From positions 160,001 through 224,000 of the forward strand of contig JBBRPR010000002.1 of NCBI GenBank assembly GCA_038227875.1: DNA of 64,000 nt, read 5' to 3'. The translations under genes and the position numbers were made by a program. Below, piece by piece: positions 29,423-38,204 of the stretch; within the stretch, counting starts at the first letter, position 1, and every line of letters begins with the position of its first letter. Source of the DNA: Planctomycetota bacterium (lineage in GTDB: Bacteria; Planctomycetota; SZUA-567; H5-PLA8). The notes under the pieces were generated by a model. That model ran no database searches. It worked only from the letters and a program-made list of their open reading frames with translations, and had not been told where the DNA came from.

Positions 29423-31987
29423 TTAATCGTTGAAACTGAAATCGGTGACGCGCCGGACGACGATGTGCCTCTTGGTTTGAGCCGGCGAATCATAGAACGT
29501 GTTCTCCTGACCCGCAGCCACGCCGCGGAAATCGAACCAGTCCAGCGCGGCGCTGGTGTCGCTGCCCTTGATCTTCTTGCCCGTGCGGTCGTTGCGCGCC
29601 AGCGGCGGCGTCGCCAGCTTGTCGTCGGTCAGGGTCTTGTCCGTCAGTCGCGCGCGTGGCTGGCCGGTCTTGTAATAGGCCAGTCCGGTTGAGGCCCAAT
29701 CGTTCGCGCCCTTTGTTTCGTTCTCGACATCCGGCGCGAGTTCCACCGTGTACGCGACATGCCGGTTGAAGATCACCGCCGGATTGCTGATGCTCTGCGA
29801 GGTGTCGACCATCTGCGCGGCGACCACGATGACATACGTTGTCGTCGAGGTCGTCAATTCCGTGGAAAAGCAGTCGGGGCTGAACATCAGCTGGCGTTCC
29901 GGCACGTGCGATCGCGCTTCCCAGGGTCCAAGCTCCTTGCCGGCGCTGCCAACGCCGGTGGCGTTTTCGAGCGCGATCGTTTTTCCCATCTGGCGCGGAA
30001 TGGTCTTGGGAAATCCAGAACTGGCCGGCGTCGAAGGACCCACCGGGACCGTGCCGCCGCCTTCGGTCTCCGGCCACTCGTACCAGACTTCCGCGTTCTC
30101 ATCGCGCGCGAGTTTCATGTCGTAGAGCTGCTTGATCGGAAATTTCTCCTCCGCCGTCTGCGGGTATTTGCCGGGAGACGTGGTGTCCCAGAGCGTCTGC
30201 TGGCCCGGCACGATGTTGTCATAGATCGCAGTGGCCAGACGCCGGTCGAGCTTGCCCGGGAAGATTTCGAAATTGCCGTTGTCGTCGATGCTGACGGTCC
30301 CGCTCTCCGATTCGGTGCTGGCCGGCGAGCCGTCGTTGAAGGCCGTGTTGCGCGCGTGGACGGTCATCGCCAGCAGATCGGCCTTTACGTTGGTGCGGAA
30401 CTGATCGAGCCCGAACGGAAAGCGCGGCGAGCCCAGGCGATAGCTCGGGCAGAAGTACTTCACCTGACCCGGCCCCGAATTGGCGCTGCCCAGCAGTGTG
30501 CCGTAGCGCTGCGTGTACGTGCCGTACTTCGAGGTGTATCCCGGCGCGACCCACGGGTAGCAGCCCGGGTACCAGTTGGCGTAGTTGTCATAAAACGCGG
30601 TGAAGTATCGCACCAGCGTTTCCTGATACTGGTACGCGACTTTCACGCGGTATTCTTCGACCTTGCGCCGCGCGTTTTCGATCTCCGTCGCCGACCACGT
30701 GCTCAATGGCGCGCCGACCGGATTGACCGTCGAGAGCGGCGATTCCCAAAGCCAATTGGCCTTGACGTGGTAGGTCGTCGCGCCTTTCTTGAACGGAAAC
30801 GTGCCGATGCGGACCAGGTGTTTCATCGAGTTGATATTGAAGACGCCTTTAAGGACGCGGTCGATTTCCATGTAGCTGTTGTAATTTTCGAAGCCGACGT
30901 TCTGCCACGTGTTCCCGGCCCAATAGTAGCCCGGCGGCACGCCGGTATTCACGTTAACGGGACTGCGGCCGGTATCGGGGTCGGTATAGCAGGTGTGATA
31001 GGTCGCGTAGCGGCCTTCTATAAAAAGGTAGTAGCCGAGATCGTACCCCGCGAATCCGCCTTGCAAGCCCTGCTCGGTCTGGCTTGCGGAGTAAATCGTA
31101 TCGATGGTCGTGCCCTGAGCGCCGCCGGGCTGAGCCAGATCCATGAAGTACGGCTCGTTCAGCGTCGACCACTTGTAGTAATTGATGTAATTTCCCGTCG
31201 CGCCCGAAAACGTGCGCGAGCCGGCGCGCCAGCAATCCATGTAGCGCCGTAGTTTCAACGGATACGAATGATACGGACACCACTGCGCCGGCGCCGCGGG
31301 ATTGTAAGCCGCGTGGCCGTTGCCGGGACAATTGAACGTGGTGTACTTTGCCGCCGGGAGAATGGAACCGCCATTAAACGGCGCGGTGCCGGAGTACGTG
31401 GTGAGCAGCGCAGCGCGCTGGCGTTCAGCGAAATTGTAATCGCAGGTTTCCATCAGCATGTTGCCCATCTGGGCTTGCGTCGGGATGCCGCTGTCGAGCC
31501 AGCCGTTGATGTTGATGTTACCGTTGGTGTCGGAGACCTGGACGCGTACTCGCATCCGCGTAGTGCCGTCGGCGGAGAAATTCGCGGGAAGGTAGCACCA
31601 GTCGGTCTGGTCTTCGATGCTGCCCAAATTCTGGCTGCTCATTTCAACGTTGGGCTTGTACCACCACTTGTAGTTGGGATCCTTGCTGTCCCGGCAGATG
31701 GCGACGAACTTCTTCGGATCCATCTGGTCGCCGCTGGCGTCGAAGGTGTCGTGAATGATCGCGCCGAGCGTAAAGTCGAGCCCCGACTGCAGCGCATTGT
31801 TGCATTCCGTCTGGTTACGGAGCCCGGTGACATACGTGACTTCACTGCGCGTATTGGACAGAAATCCGATGACGACGATGAGCATCACGGCCATGAGGCC
31901 GACCATCACCAATAGAATGAAACCGCGGCGAGGATGACGGCGGCTCTTAGCTCGTGGCTCGTGGCTCTTGGACCTGTCGGGTTGCAT
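29423..31987 (-). CDS. Large PilX/GspK-like minor pilin
   Basis: RRG|FILLVMVGLMAVMLIVVIGF prepilin-like leader lacking Glu+5; SDTNGNININ GspK-like motif; last pilin gene of the cluster. Confidence 0.7.
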   Translation of the reverse strand: MQPDRSKSHEPRAKSRRHPRRGFILLVMVGLMAVMLIVVIGFLSNTRSEVTYVTGLRNQTECNNALQSGLDFTLGAIIHDTFDASGDQMDPKKFVAICRDSKDPNYKWWYKPNVEMSSQNLGSIEDQTDWCYLPANFSADGTTRMRVRVQVSDTNGNININGWLDSGIPTQAQMGNMLMETCDYNFAERQRAALLTTYSGTAPFNGGSILPAAKYTTFNCPGNGHAAYNPAAPAQWCPYHSYPLKLRRYMDCWRAGSRTFSGATGNYINYYKWSTLNEPYFMDLAQPGGAQGTTIDTIYSASQTEQGLQGGFAGYDLGYYLFIEGRYATYHTCYTDPDTGRSPVNVNTGVPPGYYWAGNTWQNVGFENYNSYMEIDRVLKGVFNINSMKHLVRIGTFPFKKGATTYHVKANWLWESPLSTVNPVGAPLSTWSATEIENARRKVEEYRVKVAYQYQETLVRYFTAFYDNYANWYPGCYPWVAPGYTSKYGTYTQRYGTLLGSANSGPGQVKYFCPSYRLGSPRFPFGLDQFRTNVKADLLAMTVHARNTAFNDGSPASTESESGTVSIDDNGNFEIFPGKLDRRLATAIYDNIVPGQQTLWDTTSPGKYPQTAEEKFPIKQLYDMKLARDENAEVWYEWPETEGGGTVPVGPSTPASSGFPKTIPRQMGKTIALENATGVGSAGKELGPWEARSHVPERQLMFSPDCFSTELTTSTTTYVIVVAAQMVDTSQSISNPAVIFNRHVAYTVELAPDVENETKGANDWASTGLAYYKTGQPRARLTDKTLTDDKLATPPLARNDRTGKKIKGSDTSAALDWFDFRGVAAGQENTFYDSPAQTKRHIVVRRVTDFSFND

Positions 31988-32041
31988 AGTTTTCCTCAAG
32001 AATCGTGTCTTATCGCTAGTTTCAAGAGCCAAGAGCCGACC

Positions 32042-32980
32042 TCAATAACTTCTCCACGGGTACAGCACCTTCATGTTTTTCAGCCGGTTGTAGGGCGATG
32101 GATCGAGTAGCGTCGTGTCGGGCGAACCACTGGCGAGCACGCCGCTGCCGGTGCCACCGTTGATGCGCGTGATGCGCGAGAGTGTCAGCGTTTCGCGCTT
32201 GTCGGAATCGCAGACGGTGATCGTGCAGCGGATCGCTTTGGGCGGTGGCGCGAAATAAGCGGACGTCAGGTTCGGCAGATTCTTGAACGTGTGTTCCACG
32301 TCGTCCCAATACGCGACTTCAAAGTCGAGCACGTCCAGTGTCGGGAGCGAGCGGCCGTGGCCGGCTTCGTCGTCGGCGATGTCGCCGCTGCCCCATTCGA
32401 AGCCCGGACACGTGGCCTTCGCGGGCGTATCGTGGCCGGCGCTGGTCACGGCCCAGTGGACCTGCGAGAGATAGCCGGACGTGTTGCCCTTGGTCACGTC
32501 GGCAAGAAATTGCGTGCGCGGCCATGAGCTGTCGGAGCTTAGCGCGTTATGTCCCATCGCGCAAAGATTCACTTCCGCCGCCCAGGTGTAATTGTAGAGA
32601 CACATGTTGAGGTAGTGGCTGCCCATCGTCGTGTTCGACGAGAACGACGGCATGCGCAAGTACGTCAGCTCCCCGCAATGGCGCTGCGAAGCGCCGTAGC
32701 GCGTCGCTGAAACGGCCGGCGTGAACGGATCGGTGTCGTTGAATTGTCCGTGTTTGATGCCAAACTGATTGCCGCGCGTGTCGTAAACGGCCGAATTGAT
32801 TTCCGTCTCGTAGTAATCGAGCATCATGCGCGCCGCTTCGTAGACGGCCAGTTTCCGCTCGATGCGAACGGTGGTCTTCGTGACGAGCCGAAAGACCGGC
32901 ACGACCATTGTCATCAGACCGAGACAGACGGTGACGACGACCATCATCTCTATCAGTGTGAACCCGCGACGCATGTTCAT
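32042..32980 (-). CDS. Prepilin-type protein (GspJ/PilW-like)
   Basis: MRRG|FTLIEMMVVV N-methylation motif. Confidence 0.85.
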   Translation of the reverse strand: MNMRRGFTLIEMMVVVTVCLGLMTMVVPVFRLVTKTTVRIERKLAVYEAARMMLDYYETEINSAVYDTRGNQFGIKHGQFNDTDPFTPAVSATRYGASQRHCGELTYLRMPSFSSNTTMGSHYLNMCLYNYTWAAEVNLCAMGHNALSSDSSWPRTQFLADVTKGNTSGYLSQVHWAVTSAGHDTPAKATCPGFEWGSGDIADDEAGHGRSLPTLDVLDFEVAYWDDVEHTFKNLPNLTSAYFAPPPKAIRCTITVCDSDKRETLTLSRITRINGGTGSGVLASGSPDTTLLDPSPYNRLKNMKVLYPWRSY

Positions 32981-33022
32981 GTCAGAAAAACTCCGCACCA
33001 CCGCCTGGTCCAAGAGCCACGA

Positions 33023-33556
33023 CTAATTCAACTTCAACATGTACTGCGTGTAGCGGAAATGCCGCTTGGAACCTTTCAGATGCAAGTCCAGCGTCACGCG
33101 CGTGACTGGCAGCGCAGTGCCGGCGTTTTCGACGGGCGCGGGGCGGCCGAGGTCATCGGTGCCGACGCCGATGGTCTTGAGCTGCGTGGTGTCGACTTTC
33201 CATTCGTAGCGTTCGATGTCGCCGAAGTTTTCATAGGCATCGCCGGCGGCGTGGGCGAAATCGCGGTAGTTGCCGGTGTTGCCGTTGAGCGGTTCCTGGC
33301 GGGCGGTCATGTATGCGCTGCCGTCGAGCAGATCTGTGGCCGGATCGATCTGGTCGCGCCGAAGTTCCGCGAACTTCGACGCCGATAGATGAATCGATGC
33401 GTCTTGAAAAATCACCAGCGCCGCGGAGTCGATGCCCACCGGCATCGCGGCCATCACGCCAACGATTCCGATCAGGAACACGAACATCGCGATCAAGACT
33501 TCGACCATCGTTAAGCCGGCTCGTGCGCGTCGTCGAAGTGTGGGCAACTTCCGCAT
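33023..33556 (-). CDS. Prepilin-type protein (GspI/PilV-like)
   Basis: RARAG|LTMVEVLIAMFVFLIG. Confidence 0.85.
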   Translation of the reverse strand: MRKLPTLRRRARAGLTMVEVLIAMFVFLIGIVGVMAAMPVGIDSAALVIFQDASIHLSASKFAELRRDQIDPATDLLDGSAYMTARQEPLNGNTGNYRDFAHAAGDAYENFGDIERYEWKVDTTQLKTIGVGTDDLGRPAPVENAGTALPVTRVTLDLHLKGSKRHFRYTQYMLKLN

Positions 33557-33574
33557 AAACTCTCCGGCCGGTCG

Positions 33575-34381
33575 TCAGTTGGTCGACGGGAACGTATCGA
33601 TGCGATTGGGAATATCTTTGGGGCTCGCCAGCGGAACTCCGCCGATCGACTTCATGTTCGTGCAGATGACCTTCGGACGGAAATAGCCGGTGTACCAGCT
33701 CCCCGTCATCTGAATGACGCAGTGATGTCCGGTGGACGTTTCGAAAATCAGCACGTGATCGAAACCGCCGTAACCATTCCACAAAGGCTTGCAGCCGGTC
33801 TGGTCGAAGATGCTCTGATGGCGCAGGATCTCGCCCATCGCATCTTTTTTGTAGCAGGTCCAGCCCGGGCCGCCGTAGTTGAAGTCGAGCTTCGTGTGAT
33901 CGAAGCTGCCCACCACCACGCGTACGCCATCGGGAATCGTCAGCGCTTCCGGCGTCATCGGCACGTCTTTGAAGCGGTACGGATACCAGGCGTTGGCCGC
34001 GCCATAGTGATTGGACGCGGGAATGTCGGGCATGTACGGGACGCCTGCGGTGCCGCCATCGAGCACGGTCCAGATTTCGATATGGCCCTTGTCCGGCAGC
34101 ACGCCGGGCATCGGCTTGGGATTGATGCCGCCGAAGTCGTCGCCGAACATCACCGCGACGAGCCGGCGTTCGTTGATTGCTGTGACGCGCGCCTGCTTCA
34201 GTGCGGAGAGGACCACCTTTGTCGTTTGGTCGAGCTTCGAAGACTTCGCGAACATCGAGAACGATGGCACGGCCATCACCGTCAGCAGCATCATGATGAA
34301 CAGCACCAGCAGCAGCTCGACGACCGTGAAGCCCGCAACGGTTCCGGAGCGGCGGCTATTGTTTGCCGGGCAATAAATCAT
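33575..34381 (-). CDS. Prepilin-type protein (GspH/FimT-like)
   Basis: AG|FTVVELLLVLFI...AVPSF...ALKQARVTAI. Confidence 0.85.
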   Translation of the reverse strand: MIYCPANNSRRSGTVAGFTVVELLLVLFIMMLLTVMAVPSFSMFAKSSKLDQTTKVVLSALKQARVTAINERRLVAVMFGDDFGGINPKPMPGVLPDKGHIEIWTVLDGGTAGVPYMPDIPASNHYGAANAWYPYRFKDVPMTPEALTIPDGVRVVVGSFDHTKLDFNYGGPGWTCYKKDAMGEILRHQSIFDQTGCKPLWNGYGGFDHVLIFETSTGHHCVIQMTGSWYTGYFRPKVICTNMKSIGGVPLASPKDIPNRIDTFPSTN

Positions 34382-34931
34382 CGCCGTTACCTCCGTCGTC
34401 CTTGCGGTTGAGACCGAACGAATACAGTTTGCAGACGTACGAGGAGATCAGCAGGCGCTCGCCGGCCGCCATGGATCGGGTCGGGTCGTAGCCGGGCGGG
34501 ACATCGAGCTTCTGCGCTTTGCTCAAGTCTTCTTGCGCGATGCGCTCGTAATGCAGCGGCTGGCCCCATTCGTCGATGATCAGTCCCTTGCTGGTTTCGG
34601 AGGTGTCGAACTTCAGCAGCGGGCCCATGTCGACGGCGGAGTAGACTTCGCCGTTGGCGGTATTCGGGGTGTTGCGGAAGGTCGTGGTCATGAAAAAATT
34701 CAGCGCGGCGTTGCCGGTCATGGAGCTGTACGAGTCGGGCGGATAGGCGTGGTACTGGAGCTTGTACGACTCCAATCCGTTGAGCACTTTTTCAAGCAGC
34801 GTCTTGGTCTTGTTGCGGCGCGCGCTGTCGCGCAGATGAGCGGCGCCAGCAAAGATCGCGGCCATCAAAAACACCACCACGCCGATCACGATCAGCAGTT
34901 CCATCAGCGTGAAACCTTTCGAATGACGCAT
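34356..34931 (-). CDS. Prepilin-type major pseudopilin (GspG-like)
   Basis: KG|FTLMELLIVI, LESYKLQYHAYP, IDEWGQPLHY, LYSFGLNRKDDGGNGDD. Confidence 0.85.
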   Translation of the reverse strand: MRHSKGFTLMELLIVIGVVVFLMAAIFAGAAHLRDSARRNKTKTLLEKVLNGLESYKLQYHAYPPDSYSSMTGNAALNFFMTTTFRNTPNTANGEVYSAVDMGPLLKFDTSETSKGLIIDEWGQPLHYERIAQEDLSKAQKLDVPPGYDPTRSMAAGERLLISSYVCKLYSFGLNRKDDGGNGDDLLPGKQ

Positions 34932-34980
34932 GGTGCTTTTTCCTTGGCGAGATTGTTCCGCCGCGATGGGCGTAATTAAA

Positions 34981-34997
34981 AGCAACTGATGCACCAG
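34981..34997 (-). promoter_or_regulatory. Sigma-54 (-24/-12) promoter of the pilin cluster
   Basis: Minus strand CTGGTGCATCAGTTGCT (GG-N10-GC, TTGC at -12), 50 nt upstream of the gspG-like ATG and adjacent to a divergent activator gene. Confidence 0.65.
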
Positions 34998-35123
34998 CTT
35001 GGCACCCTAAAGCTGAATTCGGTAGAGTGTTATATATAAAGGGTTTAACGACCATTTCATATTGCCTTGTAAATCCCTCTTGCATTTTGACTCCATTTTG
35101 AGTCTAATTTGCGCTTAACGATT

Positions 35124-36437
35124 ATGTCTGACCAAAGCGTCTCCACCCACTGCGTTATCTGCGATCGGCCGATCGAGGTCGCCGCGCTCCGCCAAGGCAG
35201 TATCGAGCGGACGCCCGATGGCTTCGTCTGTTCGCACTGTTTCGCGCGCAACTCGACGTCAACGCTCGCGCCGAATCTTCCCGCCGAGGCCACTGGCGTG
35301 CGCCGATTGTTTGGCTCCGATGCGATCAAGCACGTGCGCCAGATCCTGCTCCAATACGCGGCCGTCGACGCGCCGGTTTTCATCTCCGGCGAAACCGGTT
35401 GCGGCAAGGAACTCGTCGCCCGCGCGCTTCACGAAGAAGGCCCGCGCCGGCGCCAGCCATTCGTCGCGTTCAATTGCGGCGCGATCAGCGATACGCTGCT
35501 GCAGTCGGAACTGTTCGGCCACCGCAAAGGCGCATTCACCGGCGCGCTGTATGCGCACGACGGTTATTTCATTCAGGCCGGCGGCGGGACGGTGTTGCTC
35601 GATGAAATCGGCGATACGTCGCCGCAGATCCAAGTCGCGCTGCTGCGCGTGCTGGAGACGCGCATGGTCCGTCCGGTCGGCGCCGAACGCGACGTGCCGA
35701 TCCAATGCCGCATCGTCGCGGCCTCCAATGCGAATCTGGAAACGCTCTGCGATCAGAATCGCTTCCGCCGCGATTTGCTTTACCGGCTAAAGCAGCTGGA
35801 AATCCACATCCCGCCGCTGCGCGAACGGGTCGAGGACATCCTGCCGCTGACGCAACATTTCCTTCGTCGCGACCGCGGTGAAAACTACCCGATCTCGATC
35901 AAGGCCGAGCTGGCCGCGCACCTGAAATCGCGCGCGTGGCCCGGCAACGTGCGCGAACTGCGCCACGCGGTGGAGCGCATGGCGCTGCTCTTTCCGCACT
36001 GCGTCAACTTCGGCCTGGCGGAATTCGAAGGCCGTCAGCGTCCCGCCAGCGACGACACGGAAGCTCCCGCCGCGCCGCGCAGGCGCTTGCTGCGCGTGCC
36101 GCAGAATCTCCCGACAACGACGTCGGCTTCCGGAACTCCCGGCGCCTCAAAATCGCAGACGGCGCTGTTGAAAATCGAAACCGCCACCGAATCGGCCGCC
36201 GCCATCGCGCAGATGCTCGAAAACGGCGCGGGCCGCCTGCGGCGCATCGACCGCGTGCGCGCTCTTTTCCGGGAGCACAAAACATTGACGCGTGCCGAAC
36301 TCATCCAGATCGTCGGCGTCGCACCGAATACCGCCAGTACGGATTTGCAGCAGTTGCTCGACGAGGGATTCATTACGCGCGTCGAGCCGACGGCCTCGCC
36401 GCGCACGCATTATTTTACGTTGAAGGAAAAAGAGTAA
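35124..36437 (+). CDS. Sigma-54-dependent enhancer-binding protein with N-terminal CxxC...CxxC module and C-terminal winged HTH
   Basis: GETGCGKE, SELFGHRKGAFTGA, LLDEIGD, FRRDLLYRL, WPGNVREL; no receiver domain. Confidence 0.92.
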   Translation: MSDQSVSTHCVICDRPIEVAALRQGSIERTPDGFVCSHCFARNSTSTLAPNLPAEATGVRRLFGSDAIKHVRQILLQYAAVDAPVFISGETGCGKELVARALHEEGPRRRQPFVAFNCGAISDTLLQSELFGHRKGAFTGALYAHDGYFIQAGGGTVLLDEIGDTSPQIQVALLRVLETRMVRPVGAERDVPIQCRIVAASNANLETLCDQNRFRRDLLYRLKQLEIHIPPLRERVEDILPLTQHFLRRDRGENYPISIKAELAAHLKSRAWPGNVRELRHAVERMALLFPHCVNFGLAEFEGRQRPASDDTEAPAAPRRRLLRVPQNLPTTTSASGTPGASKSQTALLKIETATESAAAIAQMLENGAGRLRRIDRVRALFREHKTLTRAELIQIVGVAPNTASTDLQQLLDEGFITRVEPTASPRTHYFTLKEKE

Positions 36438-36471
36438 TCCCAACTTAAGTGCGCACATCGAGATTCACTTT

Positions 36472-36562
36472 TTCGACATTCGACATTCGACATTCGACAT
36501 TCGACATTCGACATTCGACATTCGACATTCGACATTCGACATTCGACATTCGACATTCGACG
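36472..36562. repeat. Heptamer tandem array (TTCGACA)x12 plus one imperfect unit
   Basis: Counted directly; lies between convergent stop codons. Confidence 0.95.
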
Positions 36563-36568
36563 TTCCCG

Positions 36569-37924
36569 TCATTCCGTCAGCTCAATGAACCCCAACGACA
36601 ACCAGCGGTCGCTGAAATTCTCTTCGACTGAGAAGCTGACGCGCGTCTCGCCGCTTTCGGGATCGACGATGCCGGCGGCCAGTTCCAGCACGCCGGGCTT
36701 GAAGCCCTGCGGCAGCGGAATGTCGCGGGTGATCCAGATGTCGCCGGGCAGCCACGCGCGCGGATCGACGCCGTCCAGGAGGAGAATTTCCTCGCGGTCG
36801 CCCTGGCGCAGGCGCAGCGCGAAATCGTAGTGGCGGTAGAGCGGCGCGACGCCGATGTTCTCAATCCAGCTCGTGAATTTGAACGTGCCGTTGGCCTTCG
36901 CCGTCGACTGGTAGCACGCCTGTCGGAAGACAAAGTTGTAGCCGAGGTGCGCGCAGAACTCTTCGATCTGGTCGAAGACGCGCGGCGGAATCGCGACGTA
37001 CTTCGGGTTGAAATACGAGGCGTGGTACTTCAAGCCCTGCTGCAGCAGAAACGGAATGTCGAAACCGCGTTCGTTCCAGACTTTTGGCGAATGGAACGTT
37101 TCCAGCAGCACCGGCGCGGTTTTCCAGACGTCGGAGGCCTGGCCTTCGGCCACTTCGCGCGGGTAGAGATCGAACATGTGGTTCCAGCTCACGTCTTTGG
37201 TCACGGCCGGGCTGCCGCGCTTGCTGATGTCGCCGAACGCGTCCGCGCGCCAGCCGGCGCCGGTGGGAATCGCCGTCGTCAGCAGGTTGAAGTCGGTCAG
37301 GCTGAAGCGGAACGAATTGGGAAACGCCTGCTGGTAAACAGCGGCGAATTGTGCGGCCTGTTCGACGCTGCACGGCAAACCGCCTTCGCCCCACGGACCG
37401 ACGAAGGACATGTCGAGTCCTTCGAACTGCGGATGCCGATCGAAGCGGCTGCCGAGTTCGCGCAACAGTGTGCCGAAGCACTGCAGGTATTCGGCGCTGT
37501 CGTGGTTGGGCCGCAACGTGTCCGGATGGCGCGGCACACCGCGTTCGACGGGGTATTTGCTCGCGTACCACGCCGGCAGTTGCGGTGCGCCGCGGCCGCC
37601 GTAGGGCATGATGCGCACGATCAGCGTCTGTCCAGTGCGGCGGCAGGTATCGAGCGACTTCTCAATCGGCGTGAAGTCGAAGCGATCTTCCTCGGGCTGC
37701 AGCTCCGCCCAGAACCAGCGGAAGTAGGCGACGGTACAGGGGAGATAACCCTCCGCGACGTAAAGATCCGCGGCGGAAATATGAGCGTGAATCGAATCCA
37801 GTTCCTGCGAGAGGACGAAGAGCGGATCGCCATTGAACGCGTGGAACGTACAGCAGCCCCGATGCGGGTTGGCCAGGAACTGCTTCGTCGGCGTGAGTCG
37901 AACCTTGCGAAATGGCTCGGACAT
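36569..37924 (-). CDS. DUF4832/GH42-like glycoside hydrolase-fold protein
   Basis: YFRWFWAELQPEEDRFDF, VGPWGE and C-terminal WIENIGVAPLY...WLPG. Confidence 0.75.
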   Translation of the reverse strand: MSEPFRKVRLTPTKQFLANPHRGCCTFHAFNGDPLFVLSQELDSIHAHISAADLYVAEGYLPCTVAYFRWFWAELQPEEDRFDFTPIEKSLDTCRRTGQTLIVRIMPYGGRGAPQLPAWYASKYPVERGVPRHPDTLRPNHDSAEYLQCFGTLLRELGSRFDRHPQFEGLDMSFVGPWGEGGLPCSVEQAAQFAAVYQQAFPNSFRFSLTDFNLLTTAIPTGAGWRADAFGDISKRGSPAVTKDVSWNHMFDLYPREVAEGQASDVWKTAPVLLETFHSPKVWNERGFDIPFLLQQGLKYHASYFNPKYVAIPPRVFDQIEEFCAHLGYNFVFRQACYQSTAKANGTFKFTSWIENIGVAPLYRHYDFALRLRQGDREEILLLDGVDPRAWLPGDIWITRDIPLPQGFKPGVLELAAGIVDPESGETRVSFSVEENFSDRWLSLGFIELTE

Positions 37925-37974
37925 GCTGGTTTCCCCTTAGAGATACGTTCCGTACGCAGGATATCACGCTAACG

Positions 37975-37992
37975 TGGCAAACATTATGCCAA
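37975..37992 (-). promoter_or_regulatory. Sigma-54 (-24/-12) promoter of the DUF4832-like gene
   Basis: Minus strand TTGGCATAATGTTTGCCA (TGGCA-N6-TTGC), about 50 nt upstream of the ATG at 37924. Confidence 0.65.
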
Positions 37993-38020
37993 GTTTCTCA
38001 AACGTGAACAGACGGGATCG

Positions 38021-38179
38021 GGGACCGGGCATCAGGCATCGGTCGTTAGGTGCGCGCGATTAGAGAAGGGTGCGGCCTTTCGAAGATAATTTTTACACTA
38101 CTTCAAAAAATAACTCAATGCATCGGCGCACATGTTCAAGCCGTCTGCACTCACTGACCGATGCCAGATGCCCGATCCC
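38021..38179. repeat. 24-bp inverted repeat with 7-nt internal period flanking a ~110-bp AT-rich core
   Basis: gggaccgggcatcaggcatcggtc vs the reverse complement of 38156-38179, gggatcgggcatctggcatcggtc (22/24). Confidence 0.75.
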
Positions 38180-38204
38180 ATCCGTTCGTTCGTACGTCCG
38201 TTCG

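Noticed and set aside
34999..35014. Plus-strand sigma-54 promoter (TTGGCAC) for the activator gene
   Set aside because: The GG-to-GC spacing is 9 nt, not the required 10.
36472..36562. CRISPR array
   Set aside because: A pure 7-nt tandem repeat with no spacers and no cas genes; the same applies to 50226-50327.
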